Positions 14,860 to 20,000 of a stretch of 20,000 nt of DNA are shown piece by piece (within the stretch, counting starts at the first letter, position 1; each line of letters begins with the position of its first letter). The position numbers and the translations under genes were made by a program. This stretch comes from an uncultured virus (IMG/VR IMGVR_UViG_3300012920_000026) (Duplodnaviria > Heunggongvirae > Uroviricota > Caudoviricetes), in the IMG/VR virus record IMGVR_UViG_3300012920_000026, positions 57,099 through 77,098 of that record; one strand, 5' to 3'. Below the pieces are notes generated by a model. That model had not been told where the DNA came from, searched no databases, and saw nothing but the letters and a program-made list of their open reading frames with translations.

Positions 14860-16677
14860 ATGATTATAATTAGAAATATGTTAGATATAAAAGACATTAA
14901 AGGATTGAAAATTGAAGAACTATTAGTTACATATAATGGTAAGAATCCCTATATTAATTATATAAAGAAAAAATATCAAACCGAAAAATCATATTTTTTA
15001 ACTAATAGTCAAACAAAATATATTACTAATTATTTTAATTACATACCTAAAAATATTAATAAAATTGTAGAAATCACTGAATATTTTTCAAATCAATTAA
15101 AAGAAGAGTATAAATTGACTACACCAATTAATAAAATATTAGTAGAAACTATATTAGCAGAAAGTGATAAAGCAATACACGCAATATGTAAATTTTATAA
15201 AAATCAAAAAGAAGTTAAATTAATATGGATACCTAAAACTCAATTAATTGAAGATATTCACTATGAGGAAGTAGAAGTAGAAGTAGACTTTGAAAAGTAC
15301 ATAGATTTAGATAAAAGGGGTTGGAGAGCATTTAAACATCAAGAAGAAGGTATAGAATTTTTATTAAAAAATAAAAAATGTATTTTGGCGGATGATATGG
15401 GTTTAGGTAAAACATATCAATCTATAGTTGCTGCATTAGAATGTAATGCAGAAAGAGTTTTAATTGTTTGTCCAGCATCTTTAAAAATAAATTGGATGAG
15501 AGAAGTACAAAACTTTTGTGAAGATGTTTCTATAATAAAGGGGAAACATTGGAATCCAGATAGATTTACTATTATAAATTATGATATATTAAAAAATTTT
15601 CATACTATAGAAGAAAGAGGTAAAAAATATGAAGAGTGGGAATTAAGAAGAGAAATAGTTGAATTTAATCCAGATTTAATAATATTAGATGAAGCACACT
15701 TTGTAAAAAATCACAAAAGTATAAGGGGTAAAATTTTAAAAGACATCTCAAAAAGATTTTCTCCTGAAAGATGTTGGTTGTTAACTGGTACACCCATCGC
15801 TAATAGACCAATGGACTATTATAATCTTTTGTCCATAATAGAATGTGGTGTTGCAAATAATTGGGTACATTACGCTAGAACTTATTGTGAAGGAGTAAGA
15901 TTTAAAAAAGGTGGTAGGTTTGTTTGGGTAACTAAAGGTGCATCTAATTTAGAAGAATTAGCACAAAAAACTAAAAGAACTATCTTAAGACGTAAAAAAG
16001 AAGAAGTATTGGATTTACCAGATAAACTTATAACACCAATTTATTTAGAATTACAAAATGTAGAAGGTTATAAAAATGTGTGGGAAGAATATTTGGCACA
16101 ACGTAAAGTAGATGGTAAAAAAGGTAATCCCGCAAGAGATTTAGTAGAAGCTACATTGTTAAGAACTTTTATAGCTATGGAAACTGTTCCATATACTATA
16201 GAAAAAGTAGAAGAAGCATTAGAATTAAATAAAAAAACTATTATATTTTGTAACTTCAATGACGAAATGGATGCGTTTATTAGGTATTTTGGAGATAAGT
16301 GTGTTTGTATAAGGGGAGGAATGTCAGATAAACAAAAACAATTGGCGGTTGATAGATTTCAAGAAGATGATAATTGTAAAGTTTTCGTAGGACAAATAAA
16401 GGCTGCCGGTGTAGGATTAACCTTAACTGCTGCAGAGATAGTAATTATGAATTCATTAGACTGGGTACCGGGAAATCATGAACAAGCGGAAGATAGAGCA
16501 TATAGGATAGGTCAAAATAAAACAGTTAATATATATTATATGTTAATAGATGAAACAATAGACACATTAGTGTGGGATATTTTAAATGAAAAAAAGAAAA
16601 TCATCGGAACTATTATGGGTGAAGAAAATATTATAGAAGAATTTATTAAAAAGATTGAAAATGATGTGGAAAAATAA
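14860..16677 (+). CDS. SNF2-family (SMARCAL1/HARP-like) SF2 helicase/ATPase; start may be ATG 14878
   Basis: Motifs LADDMGLGKT (I), VCPASLKINW (Ia), ILDEAH (II), LTGTPIANRP (III), AAGVGLTLT (V), QAEDRAYRIGQ (VI). Confidence 0.93.
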   Translation: MIIIRNMLDIKDIKGLKIEELLVTYNGKNPYINYIKKKYQTEKSYFLTNSQTKYITNYFNYIPKNINKIVEITEYFSNQLKEEYKLTTPINKILVETILAESDKAIHAICKFYKNQKEVKLIWIPKTQLIEDIHYEEVEVEVDFEKYIDLDKRGWRAFKHQEEGIEFLLKNKKCILADDMGLGKTYQSIVAALECNAERVLIVCPASLKINWMREVQNFCEDVSIIKGKHWNPDRFTIINYDILKNFHTIEERGKKYEEWELRREIVEFNPDLIILDEAHFVKNHKSIRGKILKDISKRFSPERCWLLTGTPIANRPMDYYNLLSIIECGVANNWVHYARTYCEGVRFKKGGRFVWVTKGASNLEELAQKTKRTILRRKKEEVLDLPDKLITPIYLELQNVEGYKNVWEEYLAQRKVDGKKGNPARDLVEATLLRTFIAMETVPYTIEKVEEALELNKKTIIFCNFNDEMDAFIRYFGDKCVCIRGGMSDKQKQLAVDRFQEDDNCKVFVGQIKAAGVGLTLTAAEIVIMNSLDWVPGNHEQAEDRAYRIGQNKTVNIYYMLIDETIDTLVWDILNEKKKIIGTIMGEENIIEEFIKKIENDVEK

Positions 16678-17581
16678 AATGGTATGGGAAAATATTAATA
16701 TATTTTCTAAAGAAGAAGCAAAAAAAATAGAGAATTTATTCGAAACTAATTTACATCAATTCGGACTAACTGTAAATCATGGAAGTTTTAGACTTTCAGT
16801 TTATGAATCTACATTAAATGATACATTTCCTGAAGTACATGAACTTATAGTAAATAAGATTAAAAAAATACCAAAATTAAAAGATTATACCGTAACAAGA
16901 TCTGCCGGTCTTAGATATACTAAAGATGCACCTTCTATGCCCCATCATTACGATGGAGATGATTATACCATTTTAATTTTTATTAATGATAATTATGAAG
17001 GTAGTGGTACTGTATTTCCGTTGTTGAAAAAAACTGCACATGCTTCAGAATTTGGTGTGGGAAACGCTCTTTTATTTTCAGGTAGAAAAATAAAGAGTTG
17101 GCATGGAGCATTACCTATAAAAAATGGGGTTAGATACACTATTAATGTAAGACTTAACAAAAATAAAACTTTCATAAAAAAAATAAAAAGTTTTTTTAAA
17201 CTATTGATTTTATTCGCTATTGAACCTATAATAAACAAATATGAACGTCATTATAATAAAGAAATAAAAGATACAGAAAAAATAATTATGAAAACAATAC
17301 CAATAGTATTTAGTATGCAAGGTTGTCCACATTGTGATAACCTAAAAAAACAACTTAAAGAATCTAATATAGATTTTAAAGAAATAGATACAGACGCAAA
17401 AGAAAATGAAGTTTTATATGAATCCTTTTCAAAAAAAGTTGGTAGTGATTTTTTACCTGCAGTAATTATAGGAAAAAAAGCATTTTTACCTGATAAATCA
17501 TTTAAAACTATTGATGATGGGGTAAATATGATTAAGGAGTACCTTCAGGAGCTTTCTGATCGTGAGAACCATTTAGATTAA
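16661..17581 (+). CDS. 2OG-Fe(II) oxygenase domain fused to C-terminal glutaredoxin-like (CPHC) domain
   Basis: HYD...WHG...RYT facial triad plus 2OG-binding Arg, and YEGSGTVF; C-terminal VFSMQGCPHCDNLK...F.EID...LPAVII. The ORF track starts at TTG 16655; ATG 16661 or 16679 is more likely. In-frame ATG at 17288 opens the glutaredoxin part. Confidence 0.8.
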   Translation: MMWKNKMVWENINIFSKEEAKKIENLFETNLHQFGLTVNHGSFRLSVYESTLNDTFPEVHELIVNKIKKIPKLKDYTVTRSAGLRYTKDAPSMPHHYDGDDYTILIFINDNYEGSGTVFPLLKKTAHASEFGVGNALLFSGRKIKSWHGALPIKNGVRYTINVRLNKNKTFIKKIKSFFKLLILFAIEPIINKYERHYNKEIKDTEKIIMKTIPIVFSMQGCPHCDNLKKQLKESNIDFKEIDTDAKENEVLYESFSKKVGSDFLPAVIIGKKAFLPDKSFKTIDDGVNMIKEYLQELSDRENHLD

Positions 17582-17942
17582 AGTTATCGTTACCGTCACT
17601 ATACTTTTCAATTAATGAACCTAATTCATTAATTATATTATCATGTTCTTCTGTACCATTCCATCCCGCACCTTGTCCACTACCATGAAGTAAAGATTTT
17701 CTAATATCCTCTAATCCCTCAATAAGTTCTTCATTATTGGTATCCGCTTCATAAGCGAATTGTATTGCAGATTCTATATCTCTAAGTGCAGATGCTAAAT
17801 GATTCATTGCTTTATGCATTAAACCTACGGCAATATCAGTAGACGTATGTGTATCAGTTTTAGTATATGGAAAAAGATTTTTTTCTACTTCGTAAGTAGT
17901 TTCTTCTCTTAAAATTTTTTTTATTATGTTTCTTTTCATCAT
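17532..17942 (-). CDS. Hypothetical helical protein (136 aa) with IIKKILREE leader
   Basis: ORF track; own TATTTAT motif upstream; 3' end overlaps the convergent gene by 50 bp. Confidence 0.72.
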   Translation of the reverse strand: MMKRNIIKKILREETTYEVEKNLFPYTKTDTHTSTDIAVGLMHKAMNHLASALRDIESAIQFAYEADTNNEELIEGLEDIRKSLLHGSGQGAGWNGTEEHDNIINELGSLIEKYSDGNDNFNLNGSHDQKAPEGTP

Positions 17943-17945
17943 TTA

Positions 17946-17970
17946 ATAAATATCTTAATATTTATAAATA
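17946..17970. promoter_or_regulatory. Back-to-back TATTTAT motifs in a 41-bp divergent gap
   Basis: Minus strand GATATTTATT (core 17946-17952) 3 nt before ATG 17942; plus strand AATATTTATA (core 17959-17965) 18 nt before ATG 17984, part of the palindrome TATTTATAAATA. Confidence 0.55.
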
Positions 17971-17983
17971 AATACATAGAATT

Positions 17984-19138
17984 ATGGCAAATGCATTAAA
18001 TGATAAATTAAAAGATGAATTATTCACATTAATAAAGCATAGATTAGGTGCACCTATTAGAAAAATTGAATTAGATAATGATCAAATGTGTTCATTATTA
18101 GAAACTGCGATTGAAGACTATGCACAAAGAGTACAGGATTGGTTAATAGAAAACCAATGGTCATCTTTATTAGGTAACGAAGCAGATAATATTGATATTG
18201 CTTTTGCACTAACCACTCGTTCATTAGATTTTGAAAGTAGGTTTTCGTACGCATATTCTAAACAAGTAGGTTTACAAGATAGAGGTCCGTGGGAAATGAA
18301 AAAAGATTATGTAACAATAGTTGCGGGACAACAAGTTTATCAAATACCTGGCGGTAGAGAAGTTAACGAAGTGTTGTGGATAACACCAAACAGTACTGAT
18401 CATGCATTATATTCGTTTGCAGGTTTTGGAGATTATGGTTTTGGTGGTGGTTTCGGACAAGTACCTTACGCTGGTTGGGGTCAAGGTGGAGGATTAGGTA
18501 ACGGTGGATTTTATGTTGCACCTGCGTTTGACGTATTACTTAGAGCTTCCGATTTTAGTCTAAAATCTAAGTTATTGAGAAGTGAATTAACTCACAAGGT
18601 TACTGCAGGACCTAATGGTACTAGATTATTACATTTAATGCCTATACCGGGAAGTAGATTATCTTTTAGTGCAGCTGGTTTAATAGGTAATCAGATAGGT
18701 TTAGCGGGAACTAAAGTGTGGTATTATTATTATGATACTAATGGTATGTCCGAAGATGAATTAAATTTATGTTTAAATGAGAATAAAGATATAATAAAAT
18801 TACCTAATGATGTTCCACTATCTAAATTAATGTATTCTGATTTAAATGAACCAACAAGAGTTTGGGTTAGAAGATATCTAACGGCATTATTTAAAGAAGC
18901 CTTAGGTAGAGTAAGAGGTAAATTTAGTGGTGCATTAAAAGTACCAGACGCTGAATTAACAATGGACTATGACAGTTTATTGAGTGAAGGTAAAGAAGAA
19001 CAAACTAAATTATTAGAAGATTTGGATGCTAGATTAGAAAGATTAAGTAACGCTAAACAATTAGAATTAAAAGCGGGTGAGGCAGAAAACTTAAATAAAT
19101 CTTTACAATATAGACCTCTCGGACTGTTTGTTATCTAA
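17984..19138 (+). CDS. Neck protein / head-tail adaptor (T4 gp13-like)
   Basis: N-terminal RLGAPIRKIELDNDQ and C-terminal WVRRY..AL.KE.LGRVRGKF...P..ELT.DY..L..EG..E...L are typical of gp13-like neck proteins. Confidence 0.8.
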   Translation: MANALNDKLKDELFTLIKHRLGAPIRKIELDNDQMCSLLETAIEDYAQRVQDWLIENQWSSLLGNEADNIDIAFALTTRSLDFESRFSYAYSKQVGLQDRGPWEMKKDYVTIVAGQQVYQIPGGREVNEVLWITPNSTDHALYSFAGFGDYGFGGGFGQVPYAGWGQGGGLGNGGFYVAPAFDVLLRASDFSLKSKLLRSELTHKVTAGPNGTRLLHLMPIPGSRLSFSAAGLIGNQIGLAGTKVWYYYYDTNGMSEDELNLCLNENKDIIKLPNDVPLSKLMYSDLNEPTRVWVRRYLTALFKEALGRVRGKFSGALKVPDAELTMDYDSLLSEGKEEQTKLLEDLDARLERLSNAKQLELKAGEAENLNKSLQYRPLGLFVI

Positions 19139-20000
19139 ACAATTTTCATCTACAATATTGTATTCTTCGAACATATATGTTGGGGATAAGTTTATTAAAT
19201 CCCAAAACAACCTTTCTTCATTAGTTATAGTTAATAAATCCTCTATTGTATCTTGATCACCTTCTTTCATAGGTTGTCCAGAAGTCAAAGTTAATTGTTT
19301 TTGAGTGAAATATTGTCTATCTAAAGGTGTAGTAATTAAAATATCGTCTCTTACTTCCGGTGAGAAACATACTAATAAGGGTTTTATTCTTTTGTTAAAT
19401 GCATCTATATACCTTTCTATATTATATTCACCTGTAGCGTCAGGATTATTTTCTATTACATCATTAGGTATTAATCTACAATTAAGTTTAACTATAGAGT
19501 CACCCATAAGAGTTCCGTATGCTTGATCGGTTGATATACCAGTGTTGGCTTCTTTATTTTTTGAATTACTACGAACCCAATTATCTTCAGACCATGACAT
19601 CTCCCACCCATTTTTTAAAAGGGTATTCTTTTTTTCTTCATAATTTTTACCTTCTTTGGCAAACATATCCATCTGACTTTCACTCCACCCTTTCTTTGGT
19701 TTATTAACTTTTTGTACGTCACCGTGTGACTTTTTTGTACCAGTATTAACGTAATAAATAGTATCACCTAAATCTACAGTTAATCCTTCTTTTATAATTA
19801 ATTCCATATGTGCTTGTTTAGGTAAGGGGTTACCAGCAACATTTAATTGTAATGATCTTTTTTCATAATCTTTAACCGACATTCTAACTCTTGATTTATT
19901 AGCAATTTTAGAAAGTGGTACTTCTTGATTATATATCTTTTCTATTGTGTCATAATATTCATTAACAAATTCGTATCCCTTACCTTTTAATAACATGTGA
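19103..20000 (-). CDS. Family B DNA polymerase, C-terminal (thumb) part; 5'-truncated by the window edge
   Basis: Frame remains open past 19996; IANKSRV, AHMEL, LGDTIYYVN and YNIERYIDAFNKRIKPLL resemble the PolB thumb region. Catalytic motifs lie outside the window. Confidence 0.72.
   Translation of the reverse strand, partial: HMLLKGKGYEFVNEYYDTIEKIYNQEVPLSKIANKSRVRMSVKDYEKRSLQLNVAGNPLPKQAHMELIIKEGLTVDLGDTIYYVNTGTKKSHGDVQKVNKPKKGWSESQMDMFAKEGKNYEEKKNTLLKNGWEMSWSEDNWVRSNSKNKEANTGISTDQAYGTLMGDSIVKLNCRLIPNDVIENNPDATGEYNIERYIDAFNKRIKPLLVCFSPEVRDDILITTPLDRQYFTQKQLTLTSGQPMKEGDQDTIEDLLTITNEERLFWDLINLSPTYMFEEYNIVDENCLDNKQSERSIL

Noticed and set aside
14850..14870. TTGCAA...TATAAT sigma70-like promoter for the helicase
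   Set aside because: The spacer is only 9 nt, far from the 16-18 nt required.
15268..15285. GAAGTA x3 tandem repeat
   Set aside because: Simply encodes an EVEVEV linker in the helicase; too short to imply phase variation.
14834..17970. Canonical T4 late promoters TATAAATA on the coding strand (14840-14847 minus, 17963-17970 plus)
   Set aside because: They occur only within palindromes that also contain TATTTAT; the non-palindromic sites have only the TATTTAT orientation.
1980..19707. Short ORF-track entries antisense to long genes (1980-2279, 3700-3900, 6485-6706, 6910-7122, 10562-10747, 13150-13347, 16068-16259, 16993-17238, 18057-18254, 19305-19526, 19519-19707)
   Set aside because: All lie on the opposite strand of well-supported genes, have no recognisable motifs, and look like shadow ORFs.
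1..20000. Stop-codon reassignment (no called gene ends in TAG)
   Set aside because: Genes are full length under the standard code with no in-frame TAG/TGA interruptions; TAA dominance is expected at this AT content, and TGA is used as a stop at 6807 and 13263.
1..20000. tRNA, CRISPR array, intron/intein or transposase
   Set aside because: Intergenic gaps are all under ~150 bp and explained by motifs or terminators; no repeat-spacer arrays, cloverleafs, intein splice motifs or interrupted genes were seen.

Overview
Very AT-rich, densely coding segment of a large tailed (myovirus-type, T4-like structural module) bacteriophage genome. Recognisable core genes are the tail tube, tail sheath, gp15-like tail terminator, gp14-like and gp13-like neck proteins, an SNF2-family helicase and the 3' end of a family B DNA polymerase. 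Interleaved with sheath and tube is a block of orphan proteins (1-9776, plus 17532-17942) with short basic N-terminal leaders ending in [IL]-x-E, resembling capsid-targeting/prohead-protease leaders. Two of them (942 aa, 989 aa) share a hydrophobic motif resembling the pre-toxin module of bacterial polymorphic toxins, combined with a peptidoglycan-binding-like motif in one and HExxH metallopeptidase plus HAD domains in the other. This is a candidate virion-packaged polymorphic effector system. Also seen: a strand-oriented TATTTAT motif ahead of every transcription-unit start, a 52-aa ribbon-helix-helix gene missed by the ORF track with a candidate operator divergent from the sheath gene, a 2OG-Fe(II) oxygenase-glutaredoxin fusion and two intrinsic terminators. 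All family calls come from motif recognition by eye, not database searches.
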